This document shows, in pieces, positions 37,174-46,769 of a stretch of 64,000 nt of DNA (position 1 is the first letter of the stretch; each line of letters starts with the position of its first letter). The position numbers were made by a program, and so were the translations under genes. Source of the stretch: Achromobacter sp. (GTDB lineage: Bacteria; Pseudomonadota; Gammaproteobacteria; Burkholderiales; Burkholderiaceae_B); NCBI GenBank assembly GCA_032153965.1, contig JALDYL010000007.1, positions 172 to 64,171 of the forward strand. The letters run 5' to 3'. The notes under the pieces are model-generated. The model saw only the letters and a list, made by a program, of their open reading frames with translations, did not search any database and was not told where the DNA came from.

Positions 37174-38072
37174 CGAACCTCTCCGCGTTCCTGGGCCAGG
37201 ACGGGCGATGAATCCAGCCCCTGCCCTCGCAGCTGCCAGCCTTGCCTAGTCTCGTGCCAGCTGAAATTGCGGTTGATCCATTCCGCTTTCAGGTTGTCGT
37301 ACAGACGCCGCTGATCGATGCGCTTGCCCTCGTCCAGCGCCTTGCCCGCCGTCGCATAGCTCTCGTCCCATAGGGGTTTGAAGGCCTTGCCCTGCATCGC
37401 CCTCGTGAACGGCACGCGCGCATAGACGCCGTCGTCCTGCCTGCTCAGGCGGATCTCGTTGTCCAGCAGCAACGCGCCGCTGCGGTTGTCGGGCGCTACC
37501 GACACCAGCCTGACTCCGGACGGCTGATACTCCTTGGGCAGCAGGTGTTCGAACCACAGCACTTGTCCGGTCGACGTTACCAGCGCGCGAGAGCCCGCCG
37601 TGAACAGCAGCAGGTCCTGCCGCCCGGGCTGCGGCAGCCCCAGGTCGGGATCGCGTATGTCGATGGTGGGGCTCAGCACCCGCGCCAGCGGCGTGTCGTT
37701 CTGTACCGCGATCAATATCGTGCCCACGCCCATGAAATCGTTCGACACGGCCAGCAGCACCGGCTGGCCGCCCATCTTCGGCCCCAACGCCTGCACGCGG
37801 ATGAACTCGTACGCGTTCAGCGGCCGATACGTCTTGCCGCGGTACTTGATCTGGCGCAGCCGCGAACCTTCGTATCCCTCGATCCGGAAATCGCCCATGG
37901 CCTCGCTGACCTTGCCCGGCGCGGGCGCCGCGCCCTGCGCCTGCGCGCCGCCGGCAATCAGCAACGCGAGCGTCAGCGCAATGCTGGCGCGCGTTGCGCG
38001 GCAACGTGACGCGGGTGGGCGGGAAACGGGCACGGTGGTCCTGTATGTCATGACGCATGTGGAAGTGCGCAT
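37170..38072 (-). CDS. Hypothetical exported protein
   Basis: Hydrophobic signal ending AQAQ; GGAG RBS; stop overlaps the lipoprotein start. Confidence 0.68.
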   Translation of the reverse strand: MRTSTCVMTYRTTVPVSRPPASRCRATRASIALTLALLIAGGAQAQGAAPAPGKVSEAMGDFRIEGYEGSRLRQIKYRGKTYRPLNAYEFIRVQALGPKMGGQPVLLAVSNDFMGVGTILIAVQNDTPLARVLSPTIDIRDPDLGLPQPGRQDLLLFTAGSRALVTSTGQVLWFEHLLPKEYQPSGVRLVSVAPDNRSGALLLDNEIRLSRQDDGVYARVPFTRAMQGKAFKPLWDESYATAGKALDEGKRIDQRRLYDNLKAEWINRNFSWHETRQGWQLRGQGLDSSPVLAQERGEVR

Positions 38073-38105
38073 TCTATCTCCGCCTGCGCTTTGTCATCAG
38101 AAAAC

Positions 38106-38159
38106 AGATATCCACATGCGAATTCAATCGTTCTAGCAGGGCCCTGCATCGGCCAGACT
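38106..38159 (+). promoter_or_regulatory. Shared sulfur-cluster promoter motif, copy 4
   Basis: AGATAT-N15-ATCGTT-N21-CAGACT. Confidence 0.55.
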
Positions 38160-38191
38160 GCCCTTTCACTCAAGCGCAATCAGGAAATCCG

Positions 38192-39061
38192 ATGTCCCTA
38201 CCCTCAGTCACCGGCCTGGACCACTACATTATCCGGGTGCACGATTTGCAGGCCGCAACCGAGCAATATCAGAAGCTGGGCTTCGCCCTGGCGCCGCAAG
38301 GCCGGCACCACCGCGGCACGCGCAACCAGACGCTGATCCTGGACGCCAACTACCTGGAACTGCTGGCCTTTCCGCCAGAATTGCGCGAGCAGTCGCGCTT
38401 CGCGGGATTTGACGACGCCTATGAAGGCCCGGTCTCGGTCGCGCTGCAGACCACCGACAGCAGCGCAGTGCACGCCGAACTCGCCCGTCTGGGCATAGAG
38501 GCCGAAGCGCCGCAACGCGGCGGCCGCCCGGTGCATCTGCCCGACGGCAGCGAGGACGCCGCCTGGAACAACACCCAGTTCCCCGCCGGCCTGTTCGCGG
38601 TGCCGGACTTCTTCACCTGCGGCCATCTCACGCGCCACTTGGTGTACCGCCCCGAATGGCAGGAGCACGCCAACGGCGCGCGCCGCATCGAGTCCCTGAT
38701 CGCCGTGCATCCCGAGCCGCGCGCCCTGCGCGCCGCGTATGAACGCGTGCTCGGCCCGATTGCCATCAGCGAGCTTCCCGACCAGGGCCTGCAAGTGCGG
38801 CGCGGCAGCCTGCGCATCGACTTCCTGACGCCGGCGGCTTTCGAGCAACGCTTTCCCCATGCGCGGGTGCCGGCGGGTCTGCCCGCCAGCAGCCAGGGCG
38901 GCTGGTTCGCCGGCTCCGTCATTGGCGTGCGCAATATCGAACAGACCCGCGCATGGTTCGACGGCAATCAGGTTCCGTACCGCATCAACGCGCGCGGCGA
39001 ACTGGCAGTGGCGCCCGAGCATGCCGCGGGCGCGCTGCAAGTCTTCGTGCAGGAAGCATGA
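38192..39061 (+). CDS. VOC-family protein (glyoxalase-like, two-domain)
   Basis: GLDH..I.V.DL, LGF...P.GRH..GT.N...NYLELL, EHANGA. Confidence 0.82.
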   Translation: MSLPSVTGLDHYIIRVHDLQAATEQYQKLGFALAPQGRHHRGTRNQTLILDANYLELLAFPPELREQSRFAGFDDAYEGPVSVALQTTDSSAVHAELARLGIEAEAPQRGGRPVHLPDGSEDAAWNNTQFPAGLFAVPDFFTCGHLTRHLVYRPEWQEHANGARRIESLIAVHPEPRALRAAYERVLGPIAISELPDQGLQVRRGSLRIDFLTPAAFEQRFPHARVPAGLPASSQGGWFAGSVIGVRNIEQTRAWFDGNQVPYRINARGELAVAPEHAAGALQVFVQEA

Positions 39062-40170
39062 TGACCCAGCCCCTGCCCGACTACTGGACCTGCTTTTCCG
39101 CCGACTATGCGGCGGCGCGAGAGACCTTCGTGGCCGCTGCCGTCGCGCGCGGCGCGGCGCTCTCGCGCCACGAGCATCCCACCGCGCGCGACCCGCAGGG
39201 CCGACCGTTGACGGTGGACGTGGCGGTGCTGGGCCGCCCCGGCGCCGCCCGCACGCACCTGGCCATCAGCGGCACCCACGGCCTGGAAGGCGCCGCTGGC
39301 TCAGCGGTGCAACTGGCCTGGTTGCAGGCGGACGGCGACCTGCCACTGCCGGACGACGTCAACGTGGTGCTGGTGCATGCGCTGAATCCCTACGGCTATG
39401 CGCATGACACGCGCACCACCGAAAACAACGTCGACCTGAACCGCAACTTCATCGACCACACCCGACCCGCGCCGGCCAACCCGCATTACGCCGCTCTGCA
39501 TCCGCACCTGATTCCGCAACATTGGACCGAAGCCGCGCTCGACGCCGGCGCCGAAGCGCTGGAGCGCTTCCGCGAAGCGCATGGCGCGGACGCGCTCTTC
39601 AACGTCACGGCCAGCGGCCAATACACGCATCCGGACGGTCTCGTCTACGGCGGCAGCGGTCCCGAATGGTCCAACCGCACCTTGCGCCGCATCGTCGACG
39701 AGCACCTGGGCGCAAGCGAGCGCGTAGCCTTCATCGACTGGCATACCGGCATCGGCGAATACGGCGAACCCTTCTTCCTTTGCTTCAACCCGGATGGCAG
39801 CGCGGAACAGGCGCAAGCCGCCGCCTGGTGGGGCGCGGAACGCGTGCTGCGCCAGCGCCCGCACGGTCTGGCCCGCCCCGATTACCAAGGCCTGGTATTC
39901 CGTGGCGTGCAGCAGGCGCTGGGCGCGAGGCAGCTGGCCGGCGCGGTGGTTGAGTTCGGCACGCGCGGATTGCAGATGCGTCCGGCCCTGCGCCTGGACC
40001 AATGGCTGCGCTTCCAGGCCCCGGCCGCGCCCGACGCGGCGCGCGATGCGCAGCTGCGCGCCGACCTGATCGACGCCTTCGTTCCCGTTTCCAGCGTCTG
40101 GCGCCGCAATGTGGTGGCCCACGGCCTGCAAATCACGCGTCAGGCCATCGCCGGCCTGGCCGCGTGGTGA
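39058..40170 (+). CDS. DUF2817 / M14-like zinc metallopeptidase or deacylase
   Basis: SGTHGLE (HxxE), LNPYG, ENNVDLNRNF, IDWHTG, VEFGT. Confidence 0.85.
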   Translation: MMTQPLPDYWTCFSADYAAARETFVAAAVARGAALSRHEHPTARDPQGRPLTVDVAVLGRPGAARTHLAISGTHGLEGAAGSAVQLAWLQADGDLPLPDDVNVVLVHALNPYGYAHDTRTTENNVDLNRNFIDHTRPAPANPHYAALHPHLIPQHWTEAALDAGAEALERFREAHGADALFNVTASGQYTHPDGLVYGGSGPEWSNRTLRRIVDEHLGASERVAFIDWHTGIGEYGEPFFLCFNPDGSAEQAQAAAWWGAERVLRQRPHGLARPDYQGLVFRGVQQALGARQLAGAVVEFGTRGLQMRPALRLDQWLRFQAPAAPDAARDAQLRADLIDAFVPVSSVWRRNVVAHGLQITRQAIAGLAAW

Positions 40171-40201
40171 TTCTTTCCCTTATCCACACTTCAAGACACT
40201 C

Positions 40202-41215
40202 ATGAAAGCCATTGTTTTGCGTGAACACGGCGGCAGCGACAAGCTGCGCCTGGAAACCGAATTCCCCGATCCCGTCGCCGGTCCCGACGACGTCGTCATC
40301 CGCGTCGGCGCCTCGTCCCTGAACTACCACGACGTGTTCACCCGCCGCGGCATGCCCGGCATCAAGCTGCCCTTTCCCGTCATCATCGGCCTGGACGTGG
40401 CCGGCGTGGTGGTGCAGACCGGCGCCAACGTGCGCGACTGGAAGGCGGGCGACCGCGTGCTGGTCGACCCGATAGACCGGGTCGACGGCGGGCTGGTGGG
40501 CGAGACCATCCATGGCGGCCTGGCCGAGCTGTGCCGCGTGCCAGCGCACCAGCTGCTGCGCCTGCCCGACGAGGTCAGCTTCGACCAGGCGGCGGCCCTG
40601 CCCGTGGCCTACGGCACCGCCCTGCGCATGATGAACCGCATCGGCCAGGTCCAGCCCGGCGAGAAAGTACTGATCCTGGGCGCCAGCGGCGGCGTGGGCG
40701 TGTGCGCCGTGCAACTGGCCAAGCTGGCCGGCGCCGAAGTCATCGCCTGCGCCGGCAGCCCCGAAAAAGCCGAGGCGTTGCGCGCCCTGGGCGCCGACCA
40801 CGTCATCCTCTACACCGAGGAAGACTTTCTCAAGGCGGTCCAGGAACGCTTCGGCAAGCCTTCGCGCCGCCGCAGCGGCAAGCCTGGCGGCGTGGACGTG
40901 GTGGTCAACTTCACGGGCGGCGATACCTGGGTCAAGTCGCTGCGCTGCCTGCGCCTGGGCGGCCGCCTGCTGACCTGCGGCGCCACCGCGGGCTTCGACC
41001 CCAAGGAAGACCTGCGCTACATCTGGACCTTCGAGCTGCAGATCCGCGGCTCCAACGGCTGGGAACGCGAGGACCTGCACGAGCTGCTGGCGCTGGTGCG
41101 CGACGGCCGGTTGCGCGTCCATGTGGACCGCAAGTGGCCGCTGGAACAAGGCGCCCAGGCGCTGGCCTCGCTGGAAGATCGCAAGATCGTCGGCAAAGTG
41201 CTGGTGTCGGCATGA
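40202..41215 (+). CDS. MDR-family (quinone/enoyl reductase-like) oxidoreductase
   Basis: SLNYHD, GLDVAG, GASGGVG, GKVLV; lacks the structural Zn lobe. Confidence 0.88.
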   Translation: MKAIVLREHGGSDKLRLETEFPDPVAGPDDVVIRVGASSLNYHDVFTRRGMPGIKLPFPVIIGLDVAGVVVQTGANVRDWKAGDRVLVDPIDRVDGGLVGETIHGGLAELCRVPAHQLLRLPDEVSFDQAAALPVAYGTALRMMNRIGQVQPGEKVLILGASGGVGVCAVQLAKLAGAEVIACAGSPEKAEALRALGADHVILYTEEDFLKAVQERFGKPSRRRSGKPGGVDVVVNFTGGDTWVKSLRCLRLGGRLLTCGATAGFDPKEDLRYIWTFELQIRGSNGWEREDLHELLALVRDGRLRVHVDRKWPLEQGAQALASLEDRKIVGKVLVSA

Positions 41216-41658
41216 GCGCGAACCCGAAGACCGCGCTTGCCGCCACCCTCGATGCCGCCGCCATCCAGGCCAAGTTCGACGATTCGCCGTTCATCGCCTG
41301 GCTCGGCCTGTCGGTGCGCGACGTGAACCATGAACAGGGCGAACTGACCGTGCTGGCCCCCATGCGCGCCGAGTTCGAGCGCGGCGCGGCCAGCGGCCAA
41401 TGGCATGGCGGACCGCTGGCCGCCGTGATCGACACAGTAGGCGATTTCGCCGTGGGCATGCTGCTGGGCCGGGGCCTGCCGACCATCAACTTCCGCGTCG
41501 ACTACCTGCGTCCCGCCGTCAACACCGCGCTGACCGCCGTGGCCCGCGTGCGCCGCAACGGCCGCAGCGTGGGCGTGGCCGACGTGGATCTCTACAACGA
41601 CCAGGGCGCGCTGGTGGCCATCGGCCGCGCCACCTACGCCACGCTCAGCCAAGGCTGA
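41212..41658 (+). CDS. PaaI-family hotdog thioesterase
   Basis: SPF, HGG...AVIDT, PTINFRVDYLRPA, GRATY; ATGA overlap. Confidence 0.87.
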   Translation: MSANPKTALAATLDAAAIQAKFDDSPFIAWLGLSVRDVNHEQGELTVLAPMRAEFERGAASGQWHGGPLAAVIDTVGDFAVGMLLGRGLPTINFRVDYLRPAVNTALTAVARVRRNGRSVGVADVDLYNDQGALVAIGRATYATLSQG

Positions 41659-41686
41659 GCGGATTCTCATCATCAAGGACACCGCC

Positions 41687-43330
41687 ATGACCACTGCGCA
41701 GCGCCCCGGACGGCGCGCCTTCCTGACTCGTACCGCCGCGGGCGGCCTGGCCGCCGGCCTGGGCATCGCGCCCCAGGCGCTGCTGGCCGCCACTTCCCAA
41801 CCCGGCGCCGATGCCGGCCCCGCCCGCAAGGGCGGCACCCTGGTCGCAAGCTGGGGCGGCCTCGAGCCCCAGGCTCTATTCGTGCCCGGCGGCGGCGGGT
41901 CCAGTCCGTTCCAGACCGCGACCAAGATCCTGGAGCGCCTGCTCAAGCTGGACGCCGACTTGAAGTTCCAGCCCGCGCTGGCCTTGTCCGTCACGCCGGC
42001 GGCGGACTTCCGCAGCTACACCATCAAGCTGCGCGAAGGCGTCACCTGGCACGACGGTGCGCCATTCACTTCCGCCGACGTCGTCTACAACGTGCTGCAG
42101 CACTGGAAGCCGGTCTCCGCCGGCATCGCGCTGAAGTCGCTGACCGGCGCTACCGCGACCGATCCGCTGACCGTGGTATTGAACTTCGACGCGCCGGTGC
42201 CTGAATTCTTCTTGAAGTCGACCCTGGCCGGCCAGTTCCAGCTGCTGGTGCCCAAACATCTGTACGACGGCCGCGACATCATCACCAACCCGCTCAACAA
42301 CACGCCGGTCGGCACCGGCCCCTGGAAGTACGGCAAGTGGGTGCGCGGCAGCCACGTCGAATACCTGCGCAACGACAGCTACTGGAATGCCGGCCAGCCC
42401 AACCTGGACCGCCTCATCATCCGCTGGTGGGGCGACCCCGCCACCCGCGGCGCCGCGCTGGAGACCGGCGAGCTGGGCCTGGCCTACTCCAACCCGGTGC
42501 CCGCCCGCGACATCGACCGCCTGCTCAAGACCGGCAAGGTGGTGGTGGACACGCGCGGCTACCAGAACTCGGCCTGGACCGTGACCGCCGAATTCAACCA
42601 GCGCCGCGCCATCGTCAACCGTCGCGAGGTGCGCCAGGCCATCCTGCACGCCATCGACCGCCAGTTCATCGTCGACACCATCTACTACGGCCGCGGCAAG
42701 CCTGCCATCGCGCCGGTATTCAGCAGCAACCCGCTGTTCTACACCGAGGACGTGCCGCGCTATCCCTTCGACCCGAAGAAAGCCGCCGCGCTGCTGGACA
42801 CCGCGGGCCTGCCGGTGAAGGACGGCAAACGCTTCACCGTGAACCTGGTGGCCGCCGCCTGGTTCGAGGAGAACGCCAAGCTTGGCCAGTACCTGAAGCA
42901 GGCGCTGCAGGACGTAGGCATCGAAGTCAAACTGGATTCGGTGGACCGCGCCACGGCGCTCAAGCGCATCTATGGCGACTACGACTACGACATCGCCGTC
43001 TCCAACTTCACCTCGCCCCTGGAACTGGTGCCCACCGTCACGCAGTTCTACACCACCGACGGCATCGTCAAGGGCGCCGCCTTCCGCAACGCCACCGGCT
43101 ACTCCAATCCCGAGATGGACGCGCTGGTCGCCAAGCTGACCCAGGAAACCGCGCCCGACGCGCGCCGGGCGCTGGCGCACCAGTTCGCCCGCCTGGCCTC
43201 CACCGACGTGCCCCACGTGCCGCTGGTGGAGATCCAGTCGTTCACCCTGGCCGGCAAGAACGTGCGCAACTTCACCACCGGCGCCAACGTCCAGGGCGAA
43301 AGCCTGGCCGACGTCTGGCTGCAGGCCTGA
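41687..43330 (+). CDS. ABC transporter substrate-binding protein, family 5 (Opp/Dpp-like), Tat signal
   Basis: GRRAFL; LREGVTWHDG.PFTSADV, PVGTGPWK, VRQAI.HAIDR. Confidence 0.92.
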   Translation: MTTAQRPGRRAFLTRTAAGGLAAGLGIAPQALLAATSQPGADAGPARKGGTLVASWGGLEPQALFVPGGGGSSPFQTATKILERLLKLDADLKFQPALALSVTPAADFRSYTIKLREGVTWHDGAPFTSADVVYNVLQHWKPVSAGIALKSLTGATATDPLTVVLNFDAPVPEFFLKSTLAGQFQLLVPKHLYDGRDIITNPLNNTPVGTGPWKYGKWVRGSHVEYLRNDSYWNAGQPNLDRLIIRWWGDPATRGAALETGELGLAYSNPVPARDIDRLLKTGKVVVDTRGYQNSAWTVTAEFNQRRAIVNRREVRQAILHAIDRQFIVDTIYYGRGKPAIAPVFSSNPLFYTEDVPRYPFDPKKAAALLDTAGLPVKDGKRFTVNLVAAAWFEENAKLGQYLKQALQDVGIEVKLDSVDRATALKRIYGDYDYDIAVSNFTSPLELVPTVTQFYTTDGIVKGAAFRNATGYSNPEMDALVAKLTQETAPDARRALAHQFARLASTDVPHVPLVEIQSFTLAGKNVRNFTTGANVQGESLADVWLQA

Positions 43331-43339
43331 GGCGCGCGC

Positions 43340-44311
43340 ATGCCGATCCGACTGATCTTGCGCCGGCTGGCCCAGGCCGTGCCGCTGCTGCTGGGCGTGG
43401 TGGTGCTGAACTTCGCCCTCATCCAATCCGTGCCCGGCACCTTCCTGGACGTGATGACGGCCGAGCAGCAGGTCACCGATCCGGCGCTGATCGAGCGCCT
43501 GCGCGTGACCTACGGCATGGACCAGCCGCCCGCGGTCCAACTGCTGAAGTACATAGGCTCGGTGGCGCGCGGCGACCTGGGCTACTCCTACCGCCACAAT
43601 CTGCCGGTGCTGGACGTGATCCTGGCGCACCTGCCGGCCACGCTGCTGCTCATGGGCGCCAGCCTGGCCATCGCGGTGCTGGTGGGCATGGCGGCCGGCA
43701 TCGTGTCGGCCGTCAAGGTCAACACCTGGTGGGACAGCGCCGTGTCGGTGTTCGCGGTGCTGTGCTTTGCCGCGCCCAGCTTCTGGCTGGGCATCATGCT
43801 GATCGTGCTGTTCTCGGTGAAGCTGGGCTGGTTTCCGGTGGGCGGCATGTTCACCATCGGCCTGTCCGGCGGCGCCTGGCGCCAGGCGCTGGACGTGCTG
43901 CATCACCTGGCGCTGCCGGCGCTGGCCCTGGGGCTGTTCTATTCCGCTGCTTATGCCCGCGTGATGCGCGCCTCGATGCTGGAAGTCAGCCGCATGGACT
44001 TCGTGCGCACCGCCTACGCCAAGGGCCTGACGCGCAGCGCCGTGGTGCTGCGCCATGTGCTGCGCAACGCCTTCCTGCCCATCGTCACGCTGCTGGGCCT
44101 GCAACTGGGCGCGGTGCTGGGCGGCAGCATCGTGGTCGAAGCCGTGTTCAGCTGGCCCGGCATCGGCGCCGTGCTGTTCGACAGCGTCATGAGCCGCAAC
44201 TATCCCGTCGTCCTGGGCATCCTGGTGCTCAGCTCCTTCGTGGTGATCATCGCCAACATCGCCGTCGACCTGATCTACACGCGGCTGGACCCGCGCATCA
44301 AGGCAGCCTGA
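43340..44311 (+). CDS. ABC transporter permease (DppB-like)
   Basis: GDLGYS, LPATLLL, RTAYAKGL, VEAVFSWPGIG, LDPRI. Confidence 0.92.
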   Translation: MPIRLILRRLAQAVPLLLGVVVLNFALIQSVPGTFLDVMTAEQQVTDPALIERLRVTYGMDQPPAVQLLKYIGSVARGDLGYSYRHNLPVLDVILAHLPATLLLMGASLAIAVLVGMAAGIVSAVKVNTWWDSAVSVFAVLCFAAPSFWLGIMLIVLFSVKLGWFPVGGMFTIGLSGGAWRQALDVLHHLALPALALGLFYSAAYARVMRASMLEVSRMDFVRTAYAKGLTRSAVVLRHVLRNAFLPIVTLLGLQLGAVLGGSIVVEAVFSWPGIGAVLFDSVMSRNYPVVLGILVLSSFVVIIANIAVDLIYTRLDPRIKAA

Positions 44312-44312
44312 C

Positions 44313-45200
44313 ATGTCCGCATCCCCTACCCTCGCTACTGCCCTGCCTGCGGCATCCGCCCGTCGCCACGCCTCGTTCATCGCACGCTTTGCGCGCAACC
44401 GGGGCGCCGTCGCGGGCGCCGCGCTGCTGGTCCTGGTCGCCTTCCTGGCGGTGGGCGCCGGCTGGCTGTATCCCACGGACCCGCTGCGCATCGTCGGCGC
44501 TCCCGAGGTCTGGCCGTTCGAATCCTGGCGTCATCCGCTGGGCACCGATTCCATGGGCCGCGACATCGCCGCCATGATCGCCCATGGCGCGCGCGCCACT
44601 CTGCTGATCGGCCTGGTGGCCGCGGCCACCGCCACGCTGATCGGCGTAAGCGTGGGCGCGGCCGCCGCCTGGGCCGGCGGCTGGGTCGACGAAGGCCTGA
44701 TGCGCGTGGCCGAACTGTTCCAGATCATTCCCAACGTCGTGTTCGTGCTGACGGTGGTGTCCATCCTGGGGCCGCGCATCGAGCACATCACGCTGGCCGT
44801 GGGCTTGGTGTCCTGGCCGCCCATCGCGCGCCTGACGCGGGCCGAGTTCCTGTCCTTCAAGGAACGCGAGTTCGTGCAGGCCTGCCGGGCGCTGGGCATG
44901 AGTCCGCTGCGCATCGTCGCCGCCGAAATCCTGCCCAACGCCCTGCCGCCCGTCATCGTGATGTCCTCGCTGGTGGTGGCCGGCGCCATCCTCTACGAAT
45001 CGGTGGTGTCCTTCCTGGGCCTGGGCGACCCCAACATCGCCAGCTGGGGCCGGCTGGTCGGCGAAGGCCGCAGCCTGATCCGCTCTTCCTGGTACATCTG
45101 CGCCGTGCCGGGCGTGGCCATCATGCTGGCCGTGCTGTCGCTGAACCTGGTCGGCGACGGCCTGAACGACGCGCTCAATCCCAAGCTGCAAAAACGCTGA
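44313..45200 (+). CDS. ABC transporter permease (DppC-like)
   Basis: HPLGTDSMGRD, HGAR, ILPN, SFLGLG, SWG, GDGLNDALNP. Confidence 0.92.
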   Translation: MSASPTLATALPAASARRHASFIARFARNRGAVAGAALLVLVAFLAVGAGWLYPTDPLRIVGAPEVWPFESWRHPLGTDSMGRDIAAMIAHGARATLLIGLVAAATATLIGVSVGAAAAWAGGWVDEGLMRVAELFQIIPNVVFVLTVVSILGPRIEHITLAVGLVSWPPIARLTRAEFLSFKEREFVQACRALGMSPLRIVAAEILPNALPPVIVMSSLVVAGAILYESVVSFLGLGDPNIASWGRLVGEGRSLIRSSWYICAVPGVAIMLAVLSLNLVGDGLNDALNPKLQKR

Positions 45201-45224
45201 GCCGCATTCTCTTCGGAAAATTCC

Positions 45225-46769
45225 ATGACGCACTCCCTCCTCAATCTGGGCCATCTGGCCGACCCGGAACTATCTTCCGATCTGCCCGCCATCATCGACC
45301 TGCGCCTGCCCGACGCGCCGCGGCACTACACCCACGCCCAGGTCCGCCTGCTGGCGGGCGGCGTGGCCGCCTGGCTGTCCGCTCGCGGGCTGCCGCCCGG
45401 CGGCCGCATCGCCATCGCCGCGCTGAACCGGGCCGAGTACCTGATCGCCTACTTCGGCATCATGCGGGCGGGCTACGTGGCGGTGCCCATCAACATCAAG
45501 CAGTCGCAAGAGAACATCGACTACGTGCTGCGCGACGCCGGCATCGCGCTGGCGCTGGTGGACGGTCCGCGCCGCGCCGCTTTCGAAGCCAAAGTGCCGG
45601 TGCTGGATTTCGACGACGCCGGTCCGCAGGGCTTTGCCGCGCAGATCGCGCCCACGGACTTCGGCTTCGTCACGCCGCAGGCCGACGACATCGCCCAGAT
45701 GCTGTACACCTCGGGCTCCACCGGCAAGCCCAAGGGCGTGCCGCTCACGCACCGCGGCCAGCTGTGGGCGCTGGCCGCCACCTCGGGCGCCGTCGTCGCC
45801 CGCGCCGACACGCAGGAACGCTATCTGCTGGCCCAGCCGCTCTTCCACATGAACGGCCTGTTCATGGCCAAGCGCGCCTTCGCCAGCAACAGCCTGCTGG
45901 TGATCCAGCCGTCGTTCGACGTTGCCGCCTACGCCGACGCGCTGGAGCGTTACCGCATCTCGGTCCTGACCGCCGTGCCCACCATGTTCGCGCGGCTGGT
46001 CAAGGACCCTGCGCTGCTGCAAGGACGCGACCTGTCGGCGCTGACCCGCGTCATGCTGGGCTCGGCCCCCATGACCGTGGCGCTGCTGGAACGCATCCAG
46101 CGCGCCCTGCCCGGCGTGCGCGTGACCCACGGCTATGGGACCACCGAGGCCGGTCCGGCGGTATTCGGCCCGCATCCCGACGGCCTGCCCACGCCCGCGC
46201 TGGCGCTGGGCTACCCGCTGGATTCCACCCAGGTACGGCTGGCGGACGGTCCCGGCCCGGACCAGGGCGTGCTGCTGATGAAGAACCCCGCCGTGCTCGC
46301 CGGCTATCACAACCTCCCGGAAAAGAGCGCCCAGGTGCTCCAGGACGGCTGGTACCACAGCGGCGACGTGCTGCGGCGCGACGCCGACGGCTTCTATTAC
46401 TTCGTGGGCCGCGCCGACGACATGTTCGTCTGCTCCGGCGAAAACATCTATCCGGTCGAAGTCGAGAAGCTGCTGGAATCCCATCCCGACGTGCGCCAGA
46501 GCTGCGTCGTGCCGCTGGCCGACGAGGAACGCGGCCATATCCCCGTCGCCTTCGTCGTGCGCCGCGACGGCAGCCAGCTGCATGCCGACGCGCTCAAGCG
46601 CCACGCGCTCGAGCACGGCCCGGCCTACCAGCACCCGCGTCGCATCCGCTTCGTGGATGAACTGCCCTGGGCCGGCACCAACAAGGTCGACCGCAATGCG
46701 CTGCTGCTTGCCGCGCGCGAACTGGAAGCGCAACATGCGTGGCCCCAACCCGAAACGGAAACGGCATGA
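45225..46769 (+). CDS. Acyl-CoA synthetase (class I adenylate-forming enzyme)
   Basis: YTSGSTGKPKG, GYGTTE, SGD, GRADDM..SGENIYP, K in GTNK. Confidence 0.9.
   Translation: MTHSLLNLGHLADPELSSDLPAIIDLRLPDAPRHYTHAQVRLLAGGVAAWLSARGLPPGGRIAIAALNRAEYLIAYFGIMRAGYVAVPINIKQSQENIDYVLRDAGIALALVDGPRRAAFEAKVPVLDFDDAGPQGFAAQIAPTDFGFVTPQADDIAQMLYTSGSTGKPKGVPLTHRGQLWALAATSGAVVARADTQERYLLAQPLFHMNGLFMAKRAFASNSLLVIQPSFDVAAYADALERYRISVLTAVPTMFARLVKDPALLQGRDLSALTRVMLGSAPMTVALLERIQRALPGVRVTHGYGTTEAGPAVFGPHPDGLPTPALALGYPLDSTQVRLADGPGPDQGVLLMKNPAVLAGYHNLPEKSAQVLQDGWYHSGDVLRRDADGFYYFVGRADDMFVCSGENIYPVEVEKLLESHPDVRQSCVVPLADEERGHIPVAFVVRRDGSQLHADALKRHALEHGPAYQHPRRIRFVDELPWAGTNKVDRNALLLAARELEAQHAWPQPETETA

Noticed and set aside
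40531-41658. Apparent 375-aa protein ending in a PaaI domain
   Set aside because: Upstream part is an alternative frame over the MDR gene; the real start is ATG 41212 overlapping the MDR stop
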